Below, piece by piece: positions 51,440 through 64,000 of a stretch of 64,000 nucleotides of DNA (positions within the stretch are counted from its first letter, which is position 1; each line of letters starts with the position of its first letter). This stretch comes from Paraspadella gotoi (Eukaryota; Animalia; Chaetognatha): assembly GCA_051294375.1 (NCBI GenBank), contig CM119268.1, positions 23,148,256-23,212,255 of the forward strand, in the 5' to 3' direction. The position numbers were made by a program, and so were the translations under genes. Under the pieces are notes generated by a model. That model did no database searches. It had not been told where the DNA came from and was given only the letters and a program-made list of their open reading frames with translations.

Positions 51440-53290
51440 GATGCGTGGGAATTGCGTCAAGTGCCGATAAGCAGATCGTTGACGCCACGCATGAGGGCGT
51501 GCGAAGCCTTCACCGAGTACAAACGCGTGTTAGGCTACAAGGATCATACTGAATCTAACAGCTCCAAACGTTCAAAAATTACGAGAAATCAATCAATGAA
51601 TGACATTAAATGAGAATTAATAAAGGATGGATGAATACAAAATAAGTGTAAATCGACAACATTTTACAGTTAGTAGTGAACTTGACTAAAAATATTTAAT
51701 TTCACAGGCCGCTTCCTGTCTCCTTTCATCTTCTTGATTACTCACCAGGAAAGAAGTATTCATCACGCATTTGTTTTCACGCTGCACCAGACTGTAGACA
51801 CTAGCATCGTTGGAGCCTCTAAGGATTCATAAAACATCAGGGAGACATTTACTGTACACGACTGTACGACAGAACGTCGCTGCTAGAAAGTGCCATAATA
51901 CGCCTGTTGGTCACAGAACTGGCATGTTGAAAGGTTGTTGGGTCTGTCCGGAAACTGTGCTGCAAAGCGACGCACATTATGACATTAGTCCCGTAATTCT
52001 TCGGTGTAGCAAGGATCTATGTTTTGTCGACCAATTATCACAATTCTATTCACAATCTCTTCTCTCATATCAGTCCCTTCACCTAGAAGGGGGAATCCGT
52101 TTCCGAAGAAAAGCCTAGTCACAATTCTATCACAATCTGCTCTCGTCTATCCACGATCCTCCTAGAAGGGGGATCCCGTTTCAAGAGAAGGAACCCCTCA
52201 CCTATCACAATTCTATCACAATCTCTCTCTCTATCAGTTTCCCCCTCCTAGAAGGAGTGGGATCCGTTTCTTTCAAAGAGAAGGGACCCTATCACGAATT
52301 TATCACAATCCTTCATCTATCAGTCCCTCCTAGAAGGGGGAATCCGTTCCAAGAGAAGGCGCCCTGAGGGCCTATCACAATTTCTAAAATCCAACCAAAT
52401 TTTTTTTCCTTTCTTGCGTTTCTTCTCTCTATCAGTTCCCTCCTAGAAGGAGGAATCCGTTTCAAAGAAAAGGCCGTATCACAATTCTATTCACAATCTC
52501 TCTCTCTTCAAGTCCCAGTCCCTCCTAGAGAAGGGGGGAATCCGTTTTTTTCAAAGAGAAGAAGAGGCCGATTATCACAAACTCTGCTTCACATGCGGCC
52601 GGATGTCGAAACTCCGTTGGGCGAAGGAAAAGTTTCCACGTCAACAACGAACTCCGCTTATTGCAAAACGTGTCACAACGAAAAATTCGCTGTGAGTTGA
52701 AGCGTGATAAGAAGTGAGGAAAAGACGGAACATCTTGTGACGATTTTGTGTGGATTTTTATCTTTTTATTTATTCATTATAACTTTAGCTCGTATAACTA
52801 TATAATCTATCGGCCTCTGATGTTTTGTAGTTGTTTCTCTCAATTTTTTCATACCTAATTATATCATCTTAAATTTATGATTTATCGTCAAAAGTTATCC
52901 TCTTGTACTCTTTTTAGATTCTTTGGGCGTTATCTTATCGCTACTTTTTTAAACATTTAGCTTACTTTTATGCGGCTTTTGCGTTTCATTATGTTAATTT
53001 AATGATTGAAATGCGTTCTCTTCTCTTTGTATGATCTTTCTCGCATGTTAACTAGATACCTCTACTGATCTCGGACAACACACTACTCTAAAACTCGGTG
53101 ATCTTATCTCCCCTAACCAAATACCCGCCTATCAGCCTGACCTAATCTTTAGACCCCTGGTGAGGTGTCAGGAGAGAGCTCCTCGCCAAAACTGCAACAA
53201 CCCGATCGAAGGCTGGATCCGCAAAAATACGTTGGTGCTCTGTGCGCACTATCGTCATACTACTTCAGAAGTTCTAATCCACGCTGCCAA
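51440..53290 (+). other. Inverted, frameshifted copy of LIM exons 1-4 (probable assembly duplicate)
   Basis: Reverse-complement homology to 56240-57733 with dense single-base indels. Confidence 0.75.
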
Positions 53291-53991
53291 ATAGTCCTCT
53301 AGATCCCTGATACACTCCTATCTCTTCTCTTACCGAAGCCCCCGGTGCTGTCCTGGTCGCAGGGTCTCGGAGTCGTGAGAGCAGAGAACGAGAGGCAGTC
53401 GCTGGTCGCATGTCTCTGCCTAGCATAGCGGCTGGAGTATTGAGGGAGAGAGATGAGGAGACGAAGAACAGATAGAAAAAGGAGAGGACAGCAGAAAGAT
53501 AGAAACAGGGAGAAAGAGATTGATATGGAGATGGAGATGATGAGATAGTTGAGAGAGAGAGAGAGAGAGATGAGAGATAAGAGAAATTGGTGACGAGACG
53601 AATGAAGGAGAGAATTCCAATTGATGTAAATAAAGATTAATGAGAGTTAAGAGAATCATCTTATGGGATTGACTTTATGTCTCACATGAATTAGATGCGT
53701 TTAACTGTTACGTTTTGAATCTAGTTATTTGATTTATTGACTTTATTGAATTTGTTATTTGTGATTGATGCATGATGATTGATTTATTATATTCTATTTA
53801 TTTTATAATTATCTTATTATTATTTATTTATTTAGTTTATTCTATTTATGATTATTTATTTATTTATATTTATTTATTTATTGTGATNNNNNNNNNNNNN
53901 NNNNNNNNNNNNTTTAAACCAATCTATTCATTGAGACATAAGTTAATCCCATCAAGAATTCTCTCACTCTCTCAATCTTTTATTTACTCAA

Positions 53992-54030
<39 letters not shown>

Positions 54031-54243
54031 NNNNNNNNNNNNNNNNNNNNNNNNNNNNNNNNNNNNNNNNNNNNNNNNNNNNNNNNNNNNNNNNNNNNNN
54101 NNNNNNNNNNNNNNNNNNNNNNNNNNNNNNNNNNNNNNNNNNNNNNNNNNNNNNNNNNNNNNNNNNNNNNNNNNNNNNNNNNNTCTCTCTTTCTGTCTCT
54201 CTCTTTTTCTCTCTGTCTCTCTCTCTCTATCTCTCTCACCCAC

Positions 54244-54327
54244 CTTGTGAAACTTCTGATTGTCCACCTCAACGTATTGCGATCCAGCTTCGATCGGTTG
54301 TTTGCAGTTTGCGGAGGAGCATCTCTC
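54244..54327 (-). CDS. 3-LIM-only protein, exon 4 (clean copy)
   Basis: ERCSSANCKQPIEAGSQYVEVDNQKFHK|gtgggt; 84 nt; noisy copies at ~56240-56355(-) and ~53170-53285(+). Confidence 0.85.
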
Positions 54328-54737
54328 CTGATACAAGAGAAGAGAAGAATCAACAATTAAATTAACTAATGAAACACAATAAGCCGCAAAAGTAAAAGCT
54401 AAATGTTAAAAAGTAATGCGATAAAAATAAACCCCCCAAAAATCTACAAAAGTCAAATCTTGATGATAAATCAAAAATTTAAATGATAAATGGTATGAAA
54501 AACTTAGAAACAAAACTNNNNNNNNNNNNNNNNNNNNNNNNNTGTGGAGTCGTGTTACATGGCGCGGAAACCGGAAGAGAGACAATAATCTAGGGTAAGT
54601 TTAGAGAGAGAAAAGGTAAGGATTGTTGTCGTCGATTTGTTGTTGTTCTCTTTCTCAATGAATTTCTTCCTTACGAATCGGATTTTCGAAAAGTTCCGAC
54701 TCCGATTTGAACGAGAATCGATTAGCGGTTGAAATAT

Positions 54738-54813
<76 letters not shown>

Positions 54814-56838
54814 AGAGAAGAGAGAGAGAAAGAGAGAGACGAGAGAGGAAGGAGGAGAAATTTACCAATTCTTGACTCGAAATCGGATGAAAACGCGGGA
54901 AAACGAGAAAAAAAAATTGAGAAAGAGAGAGAGAGTCTTTCTTTTCTTTTCTTTTTTTTCTTTTTTCTTTTCTTTTCCTTTGTTCGTTTTCTTTTCTTTT
55001 TTTTTTTTCTTGTTTTTTTTTTTCCTTTTTTTTCTTCTTGCGCTTCCTTTTCTTCTTTTTCTTTTCTATTTCTTTTTTCTCTGAGTATCTTCTTTTCTCT
55101 TTTCTTTCTTTTCTTTTCTTTTCCTTTTCTTTTTTCTTTTTTCTTTTCTCTTCTTATCTTCGATTTATATTGTTCAGATTTCAACCTTCAAGGAACTCAT
55201 CAAATACTTTTAACTCATAACACAAATTCGCTAAATATTATGTTGTTCAATGACGATCCAAAAATCTTTATTCAAATAAAAAAAAATCCCTTTTATCAAA
55301 TTTCGGAAAGACTTCTCTGCTACGTCATTCTCCTTTTAATCCCTTTGCACACGTTCCTCGACGACAGCAATCTCTTCCTCGTCCCACGGTCCTCCGGGCT
55401 CATTCTCCTCACGATCCCCTCTGTCAACGTTGACAGGAAATGAGTCAACCCTTGTCTACGGAATCGGCCGCAATTGGCGCAAAAGTCTCCCGGATCATTC
55501 GTTGTCTTTGACGGTAGAGTTGTCAGGCGGGCAATGGATGCCGGGCGGGAGCCCGAGTGCATTTGGAGTAGCAATCTGGAAGCATAGTGCTGGATGAGGT
55601 GCAGGTCGTTATAGAGAGAGAATCGACATCAATCAAATCACAATAAATAAATAAATATAAATAAATAAATAATCATAAATAGAATAAACTAAATAAATAA
55701 ATAATAATAAGATAATTATAAAATAAATAGAATATAATAAATCAATCATCATGCATCAATCACAAATAACAAATTCAATAAAGTCAATAAATCAAATAAC
55801 TAGATTCAAAACGTAACAGTTAAACGCATCTAATTCATGTGAGACATAAAGTCAATCCCATAAGATGATTCTCTTAACTCTCATTAATCTTTATTTACAT
55901 CAATTGGAATTCTCTCCTTCATTCGTCTCGTCACCAATTTCTCTTATCTCTCATCTCTCTCTCTCTCTCTCTCAACTATCTCATCATCTCCATCTCCATA
56001 TCAATCTCTTTCTCCCTGTTTCTATCTTTCTGCTGTCCTCTCCTTTTTCTATCTGTTCTTCGTCTCCTCATCTCTCTCCCTCAATACTCCAGCCGCTATG
56101 CTAGGCAGAGACATGCGACCAGCGACTGCCTCTCGTTCTCTGCTCTCACGACTCCGAGACCCTGCGACCAGGACAGCACCGGGGGCTTCGGTAAGAGAAG
56201 AGATAGGAGTGTATCAGGGATCTAGAGGACTATTTGGCAGCGTGGATTAGAACTTCTGAAGTAGTATGACGATAGTGCGCACAGAGCACCAACGTATTTT
56301 TGCGGATCCAGCCTTCGATCGGGTTGTTGCAGTTTTGGCGAGGAGCTCTCTCCTGACACCTCACCAGGGGTCTAAAGATTAGGTCAGGCTGATAGGCGGG
56401 TATTTGGTTAGGGGAGATAAGATCACCGAGTTTTAGAGTAGTGTGTTGTCCGAGATCAGTAGAGGTATCTAGTTAACATGCGAGAAAGATCATACAAAGA
56501 GAAGAGAACGCATTTCAATCATTAAATTAACATAATGAAACGCAAAAGCCGCATAAAAGTAAGCTAAATGTTTAAAAAAGTAGCGATAAGATAACGCCCA
56601 AAGAATCTAAAAAGAGTACAAGAGGATAACTTTTGACGATAAATCATAAATTTAAGATGATATAATTATTAAATGATAAATGGTATGAAAAACTTAGAAA
56701 CAAAACTAAAAACATAAAAGCCGATAGATATATATATAGTTATACGAGCTTAAAGTTATAATGAATATAAAAATTAAAAATCACAAAATCGTCACAAGAT
56801 GTCGTCTTTTCCTCACTCTTTATCACGCTTCAACTCAC

Positions 56839-56991
56839 AGCGAATTTTTCGTTGTGACACGTGTTGCAATAAGGAGTTTCGTTGTTGACGGAAAACTTTC
56901 CTTCGCCCAACGGAGTTCGACATCCGCCGCATGTGAAGCAGAGTTTGTGATAGGCCTTCTCTTTGAAACGGATTCCCCCTTCTAGGAGGGA
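56839..56991 (-). CDS. 3-LIM-only protein, exon 3
   Basis: SLLEGGIRFKEKAYHKLCFTCGGCRTPLGEGKFSVNNETPYCNTCHNEKFA|gtgagt; 153 nt. Confidence 0.9.
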
Positions 56992-57252
56992 CTGATAGAG
57001 AGAGAGATTGTGATAGAATTGTGATAGGCCTTCTCTTTGAAACGGATTCCCCCTTCTAGGAGGGACTGATAGAGAGAGAGATTGTGATAGAATTGTGATA
57101 GGCCTTCTCTTTGAAACGGATTCCCCCTTCTAGGAGGGACTGATAGAGAGAGAGATTGTGATAGAATTGTGATAGGGCTTCTCTTTGAAACGGATTCCTC
57201 CTTCTAGGAGGGACTGATAGAGAGAGAGACATTGTAATAGAATTGTGATAGA
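56945..57252 (-). repeat. 74-bp tandem repeat x4 spanning the LIM exon-3 acceptor
   Basis: Acceptor-following bases at 56991, 57065, 57139, 57213; about 6 units in the inverted copy 52030-52580. Confidence 0.9.
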
Positions 57253-57322
57253 TTGAAAAACATTCCTGCTCCAGTATTAGCGACTTGTCATGGCCTTTGC
57301 CACAACCCATACACCTTCAAAC

Positions 57323-57471
57323 CTTGTGACAAGTATTGCACTTTTCTGCAACGTTCTTGTCGTAGCAATCGTGACAGTAAAGTCGATCCTGATGGTTTAT
57401 GAATCCTTGAGGTCCAACGATGCTAGTGTCACAGTCTGTGCACGTGAAACATCCCGTGTGATACTTCTTTC
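57323..57471 (-). CDS. 3-LIM-only protein, exon 2
   Basis: GKKYHTGCFTCTDCDTSIVGPQGFINHQDRLYCHDCYDKNVAEKCNTCHK; LIM H-x2-C-x2-C-x2-C...C-x2-C; 149 nt, phases fit. Confidence 0.9.
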
Positions 57472-57663
57472 CTGGTGATAATAACAGATGAAAGGAACAA
57501 GAGCGGCTGTGAAATTATCATTTTTTTAGTCAAGTTCACTACTAACTAAATGTGTCGTTTACACTTATTTTGGATTCATCCATCCTTTATTCATTCATTT
57601 ATTCATTCATTCATTGATTTTTCTATTTTTGAACGTTACTGACTTATTCGTCCTTGCCCTTAC

Positions 57664-57733
57664 CTTTGTACTCGGTAAGGTTCGCCGCCCTCACGATCTG
57701 CTTATCGCACTTGACGCAAGTTCCCACCGCCAT
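57664..57733 (-). CDS. 3-LIM-only protein (FHL/limpet-like), exon 1
   Basis: ATG at 57733; MAVGTCVKCDKQIVRAANLTEYK|gtaagg. Confidence 0.85.
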
Positions 57734-58579
57734 CTTTCGGAAGCGAAAGAAAAAAAAAACAAAAGACGCGAAAGGAAAATAAAAACCAAAAAGAAAAATA
57801 AAAAAGGAAAAAAAATTAAACGTAAAATGAGAATAAAAGAGAAGGAGAAAAGTAAAGGAAGATTTTAAGCAGACGAATTTTCCAGTTTGTTTCTTTAAAG
57901 AGAAACTTGAATTTTGGACCGTAATTTCTAAAGTCGCTACATCGTGAATTAAAGGTTTAGGAATGGAATTATACCATTTTGTTGACAACGAAACCAGGGT
58001 AATCTGGGAGACTGTGAGAGACTGTGAGAGAATGTGAGAGTGTCTTGATTGAAAGCTTGCAGGGACCTGCCATGTCATTATCTCGATGGAGGCCTTAAAC
58101 CACCAAAGCCTGTCACGAGTCAGCGGTGAAGGTTTTGATTAAGATTAGAATTTAAGGTCTTTCGGTTACGGATCAAGATTATGGAGTAAGATTAGCGATT
58201 AAAGATCAAGATTAAAATTTACGTTAGGGAAAAGATTAAGGATTAAGAATTAGGTTAAAGATTAAGGTTACGGATTAGCGTTAAGGATTAAGATTATGAT
58301 GTGGGGAGTTCAAGTCTCTCCCTGTTAACAAAAAATGTATGAATTAATCACAACAACATTGACGCGTTGCTCATTGTACACGAGTGAAATTCCAGGAAAA
58401 AAAACAGTCATTTCCGTTTAAATCGATTCTCGTCGAACGGAAAAAAAAATCTTTTTAATCTATTTTTTTATTCAAATTTGTTTTTTCTTGAGATTTAAAT
58501 TTTTCTTACATTTTGAGTTTTTTTTTGTGTTCAAATTTGTTTTTTCGCTGAAATTTTCTTTGATTTGAAAACAAATTTT

Positions 58580-58636
<57 letters not shown>

Positions 58637-61196
58637 TTCGTTATCATCTTCGTCATCATCTTCGTCTTTTCGAATTTCTTTCGCTTCGTCAAATTTTATC
58701 TTCGTATTTTTTCTCTCAAATGATTCCCGTCGCTTAGCACCAGGCGAGTTTGATTGAGGCTCGATTAGCGCTCGAAAAGGCGCTCAATTGGGGATGAAGT
58801 TAATTGGCGCCTTAATGAGGATTTATTCCTCTCTCGTCATCTCTCTCTCTCCTCTCTCTCTCTGCTCACCATTCTCTCTCTCTCTGCTCTCCTCTCTCTC
58901 TCTCTTCTCTTCTCTCTCTCCTCCGCCAAATTACATTCGAGATGTAGTTTTTGTTCATTTCTCAATTCTAATTGTTCGTTTTGCGTTGCCTCATCTTCCT
59001 CCTTAATCGTCTTCCCTCACCTCTTCCCTTTCTCCACTCTCCTCCTTTCTCCTTCTCCCTCTTCCCTTTCCTCCCACGCTCCCTCCCGCCCTCTTCCCTT
59101 ACCTCCTCTCTCCACTTTCCCTTCCATTGTCAGCGACGTTTTATTTTCTCTCTGGCGACGGGCGACGTCCATCGTCGTACAACGAGATTAATTCCTTGTT
59201 TTTAAAGCAAACACTACACACATCATTCTCTACGTCTCTCTCTCTATCATCTCTCTTCTCGTCTCTCTCTTCTCATGGTACCTCATCCTCTCTCTCTCTT
59301 CTCTCTTGCGCATAACTTTCATTCGCAAACTGCTAGGTGGGTTATTGGACGCTCCTCGCTCTTCTCTCTCTCTCTCTCCAACTCTTCTCTCTCTCTCTCA
59401 TCTATCCTAGACTCTCTCTCTCATCTCTCTCTCTCTCGTCTCTCTCTTCTCTCTCCGTCCAATGACTCCACTCATAAGCCGGCAGAAGCCAGGCGTTGCA
59501 TTGCACCAGAGAAAAAAAAAAAACAACATAAAACATTGCATATTGCCGGTAACTCATTAAAGTTGACTGTTTAGTTTCACTTATTTTTTTTAGTTTAATG
59601 ACTTCAAACTTAAATTTTCATTGTAACTTCGAAAAACTGTGTTTTGTTTGTTTGTTTTTTGTTTATAAATAATCGATATCGGTTTCTGTTTAATGTATTT
59701 TCCGAAGAAAAATTAATTTAAGTTTGAAACGAAAGTCAGAAAGAGAAAAAAGGAAAAAGTTTATTCATCCTTTTGCGCCATTAATAGTTTTTCCTCCTTA
59801 AAAATTATGTTGTTTCCCTTTTCTCTTTTGAAGATATAATTATAATCATATTCATTCATTCATTCTTTTAATTTCATTCCTTCTTTTCATTTTTATTTAT
59901 TCTTTTCTTTTTACTCATTTTTTCCTTTCACTCATTCTTTTCATTTCACTCATTCTTTTCATTTCATTCATTCTTTTGATTTCATTAATTATTTTGATTT
60001 CATTCATTCTTTTCATTTCATTTATTCTTTTCATTTATTCTTTTCATTTCATTCATTCTTTTCAATCTTTTCTTTTAATTTATTCTTTTCATTTCACTCA
60101 TTCTTTTCATTTAATTCATTCTTTTCATTATAATCATTATTCTCATTTTAATCATTTCTCCCCATTCATTTATTCTCCTCGTTTAATTTTCTCTCTACTT
60201 TTTTTTTCAAATCATATTTTTTTTTAATCCAACATAAAAAAAAAATAGTTTTTTTTCGCTCCAGAAATCATTATTCATGAGATCATAAAATCGTAAAATC
60301 ATAAAAATCCATGAAACTCGCAAAGTTGGTCGAATCCCCTCCTCCTTCTCNNNNNNNNNNNNNNNNNNNNNNNNNTCTCTTCCCCTCCCTCTCCTCAAGC
60401 ATCCTTTTCTCCTCTTCCTCTCTCCTTTCTCCTCCTCTTTTCCCTCTCCCCTCTCTCTTCCCCCTCCTCCCTCCCCCTCCTCCTCATCTTCCTCTTCCTC
60501 CTTCTCCTCATCTTTCCCCTCCTCCCCTTCTCTCTTTCCCCTCCCTCCTCAGCATCCTTTTCTTCCTCTTCCTCCTTCTCCTCCTCTTTTCCCCTCCTCT
60601 TTTTTTCTTCCGTCCTATTCTTTCTCCTCCCCTCTCTCCTCCCCCGCCCTCCCTCCTCCTCATCTTCCTTTTTTTCCTCTTCCTCCCTTCTCCTCTCTTT
60701 CACCCTCCTCTTCTTCCGTCTTTCTCCTATTCTTTCTCCTCCCCTTCATCCTCCCCCCGCCCTCCCCCTCCTCATCATCTTCCTTTCTTCTTCTCCTCCC
60801 CTCCTCTTTTTTCCTCCCCCTTCGTCCTCTTCTTGCCCTCCCCTCTCCTCCTCTTTCTCCTCTTTCCTTCCTCTCTTCCTCCCTCCTCCTCCTCCCTCCC
60901 TCTCTTTTCTCCCTCTTCCTCCTCCTTCTCTTCCTCTTCCCCTTCCTCCTCCTCCTCCTCCACCTCCTTCCCACTCAACATCATTAGGCCCTGACGTCGT
61001 TACTGGCGTGACGTAATTATCGCGTCACGTCGTAAGTGAGAAACGTGACAAGTCGTGACGGCTTAAGAAGAGTGTCACGTCGTAAATGCGACACGTCGCC
61101 ATGTCGTGACAAGAGATGGTGTCTTAAGAGAGTCACTTTTTACGTGACAAAAACCTCAAATGACATATAGGACCCCAGATTTAAGAAAAAAAGTGA

Positions 61197-61552
61197 TTCA
61201 TTGCATTCATTCATTCATTCTTTTATTCATTCATTCATTCATTCTTTTATTCATTCATTTATTCATTCATTCATTCATTCATTCATTCATTCATTCATTC
61301 ATTCATTCATTCTTTTATTCATTAATTCATTCATTCATTCATTCAGTCATTCATTTATTCATTCAGTCATTCATTTATTCATTTATTCATTCATTCATTC
61401 ATTCATTCATTCATTCATTCATTCATTCATTCATTCATTCATTCATTCATTCGTTCATTCATACAGTAATTCATTATTCATTCATTCATTCATTCATTCA
61501 TTCATTCATTCATTCATTCATTCATTCATTCATTCTTTTATTCATACATTCA
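61197..61552 (+). repeat. (ATTC)n microsatellite
   Basis: Long near-perfect tetranucleotide run. Confidence 0.95.
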
Positions 61553-62499
61553 TTGCAACCATTTAAACCATTTTAAAAAGCCATTTTTTAAAGAAAGGTA
61601 AATATTTATTCATTTTGATATTAGAAAATAAAAGTATATTAGAACCGATCAGTATATGTTAAGATGACCTTTCAAAGGACCCTATTTTAAACTTAGTACC
61701 AAGATTTATTTTCAAGTTATCAGGGAAAATGTTCAATAGTGTATAAGATGTCAAAAGCCTTTTTTCTTTCACGAAAAATTCGCAATATTGTTGTCGTCGT
61801 CGTCTTATTTTTCTTCGTTGTCGTCGTCATCGTCGTCGTCGACGTCGCTTTGGCTAAAAATATCGAGTCTCGAAAAAGTGAAAAGAGAAAAAAACAAAAA
61901 CACAAAAAAGGGAAACGAAAAAAGGAAAGAAAAAAGAAAAAAAAAAGGATAAAACAAGAAGATTAATTCCAATGCTTTGCGCGGCTGTGACTTTCACGCT
62001 TACTTCCCGGTGATTATGTGACTAACGTGATTGCCAATGCATCGCAATTTTATATTTTATTTTTCATATTTCTTTAAAAAAGCAGTCGCTCTGATTCAAG
62101 GGTCAGCAAAATCAACAAAATAGCAACAAAATTTAAACCGCATTCAATTTTGGATCACGTGATCGCTTTTTCAGGTGATCACGTGGCTTAACAAGTACGA
62201 TACATTTGCACATTTTATGTCTTATGGTAAGTCAAAATCATACCAAATATTAACTAAATTAATGAAGAATTAACCGAGTTATTAAAATTTTTAATGGAAG
62301 AGGGATAGACCGACCGACCGACCAACCGATCAACCGACCGACTACAAGTGTCTCATAAAGATGCTCCGCAAGTAAAATTTAAAAAAAAAGATAAAAAAAG
62401 GAAAAAAAAGGAAAAAAAAGGAAAAAAAGGAGATCGACTTCGGTCAAATTCGCTTTTAGCGACGAAAAAAAAAAGTCTATCGAATTTCAATACGAAAGA

Positions 62500-64000
62500 G
62501 AAAAGAGAGGAAAGGAGAAAGGAGGGAGAGGAGAAAAAGGAAAGGGAGGAAGAGGAGAGGGAGATAAGGGAGGGGAGAGAGGGAGGAAAGGAAAAAAGAG
62601 GGAGAGGAGGAAAAGGAAAGGAGAGGAAAAGGGAAGGAAGAGGAGAGGGAGATAAGGGAGGGAGGAGAGGGAGGAAAGGAGAGAAAAGAGGAGAGGAGGA
62701 AAAGGAAAGGAGAGAAGAAGGGAGGAGATAAAGGAGGCGGAGAGGAGGGAAAGGAGAAAAAAGGAGAGGAGGAGGAAAGAGAGAAAGGGAGGGGAGGGTG
62801 AGAGTGGGAGGAAAGGAAGGGGAAGCAGAAAAAGAGAAAAAGAGGAAAGGGAGGTAGGAATAAAAAAGAGGGGATGGAAAAAAATGAATGGAAGGGAATA
62901 AAACCACAAATGGAATGGAAAGAAAATAAAAAAAGTCTAAACTTCTCTTTTACCTTTTTTCACCTTTTACTTAGCCTCTCTCTCTCTCTCTCTCTCTCTC
63001 TNNNNNNNNNNNNNNNNNNNNNNNNNCATCTTCTCCCTCTTCCTATGCCCCTTCTATCTCCTCCGTTCCATTTTCCCTTCCTCCCCCTCTCTGTCCACCG
63101 CCTCCCTATTTTTCTCCTCCCTCCACCCTTCACCCTCCTCATCTTCTTCTCCTCCTTCTCCCCCTCCTTTTCCCCTTCCTCCCCCTCTCTCTTCCCCCTC
63201 CCTTTCCTCCCCCTCCTGATCCTCATCTCCTCTTCCTCCTTTCTCTCCTTTTCCTTTATTCCTTTTTTCCTCCCCTCCTCTCTTCCCTCGCCTCCGTCCC
63301 CCCTCTCCTCATCTTCCTCTTCCTCTTCTCCTCCTCTTTCCCCTCCTCCCCCCTCTCTTTTTCCCCCTCCCTCATCCCCCTCCGTCCTCATCTTGGTGCC
63401 TCCTTCTCCTCCTTTCTCCGGCCTGTCCCTTTTCCCTTCCTCCCCTCTCTCCCCCTCCTCTCCCCGCTCCTCCTCATCTCTTCCCTCTTCCTCCTTCTCC
63501 TTTTCCTCTTTTCCTTTCCTCCCCTCTCTCTTCCCCCTCCCTCCCCCCCCTCCTCCCCTCCTCCTCATTCTTCTCTTCCTCGCTTCTCCTCCTGCTTTTT
63601 TCCCCTTCCTCCCTCTCTCTTGCCCCTCCCTCCTCCCCCTTCTCCTCATTCTTTCCTCTTTTCCTCCTTCTCTCCTCTTTTCCCCTTCCTCCCCTCCTCT
63701 CTTCCCCCTCCCTCCTCCCCCTCCTCCTCATCTTCCTCTTCTCCGCCTCTCCTCTCCTTCTCCTCCTCTTTTTTTTTCCCTTCACCCCCCTCTCTCTTCC
63801 CCCCTCCCTTCCTCCCCCTCCCCTCCTCATCTTCCTCTTTTTCCTCTCTCCCTCTTCTTTCTTTCCGCTTCCTCCCTCTTCTCTTTCCCCCTCCCTCTCC
63901 TCAAGCCATCCTTTTCTTCTCTCCTTCCTTCTTCCTCCTTTCTCCTCCCTCTTTCCTCCTCCCCTCTCCTCTTCCCCCTCCCTCCCCTCCCCCTCCTCCT
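62500..64000. repeat. Polypurine then polypyrimidine low-complexity tracts
   Basis: GA-rich 62500-62900, CT-rich 62975-64000; similar tract at 60340-60975. Confidence 0.9.

Larger units (their letters stand above)
49250..59920. repeat. Large inverted duplication (~49250-53887 vs ~55640-59920)
   Basis: Identical ORF translations on opposite strands (49590-49889 vs 59275-59574; 53420-53659 vs 55865-56104). Confidence 0.9.

Noticed and set aside
56945-57252. CRISPR-like array
   Set aside because: No spacers; the unit is a duplicated intron-exon junction.
60311-64000. Long Arg/Glu/Gly or Leu/Pro/Ser ORFs here and throughout, plus ORFs spanning N runs
   Set aside because: Stop-free by composition (polypurine/polypyrimidine tracts, microsatellites, Ns); no domain or splice support.

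Overview
Intron-rich animal (invertebrate-like) nuclear DNA from a hybrid draft assembly. Clean segments alternate with indel-riddled long-read-like segments, and nine gaps are exactly 25 N. Most six-frame ORFs are low-complexity noise. Manual splicing recovers two genes. (1) A large, probably secreted mosaic gene of about 20 exons: insulin-A-chain/Gla-like Cys motif, LDLa, two SRCR domains, a long helical region, then Cys-rich Ephrin-receptor-like repeats. Its 5' half is clean on the minus strand (29515-25841). Its 3' half occurs in three partial minus-strand copies (1-12621) and one inverted plus-strand copy (12647-25840); flipping that block rejoins a broken exon. (2) A 3-LIM-only (FHL/limpet-like) gene on the minus strand (57733-46931), also duplicated and inverted by assembly, whose exon-3 acceptor is tandemly repeated. 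Also present: an intronic tRNA cluster (Arg, Pro, Pro), a CCA-bearing tRNA-Leu 3' half, a polymorphic solo LTR, a 2.1-kb fold-back element with an 8-bp TSD, a tRNA-headed SINE, candidate non-canonical splice donors and many satellites. No CRISPR, rRNA or prokaryotic system is visible. All domain calls are by eye, not by database search.
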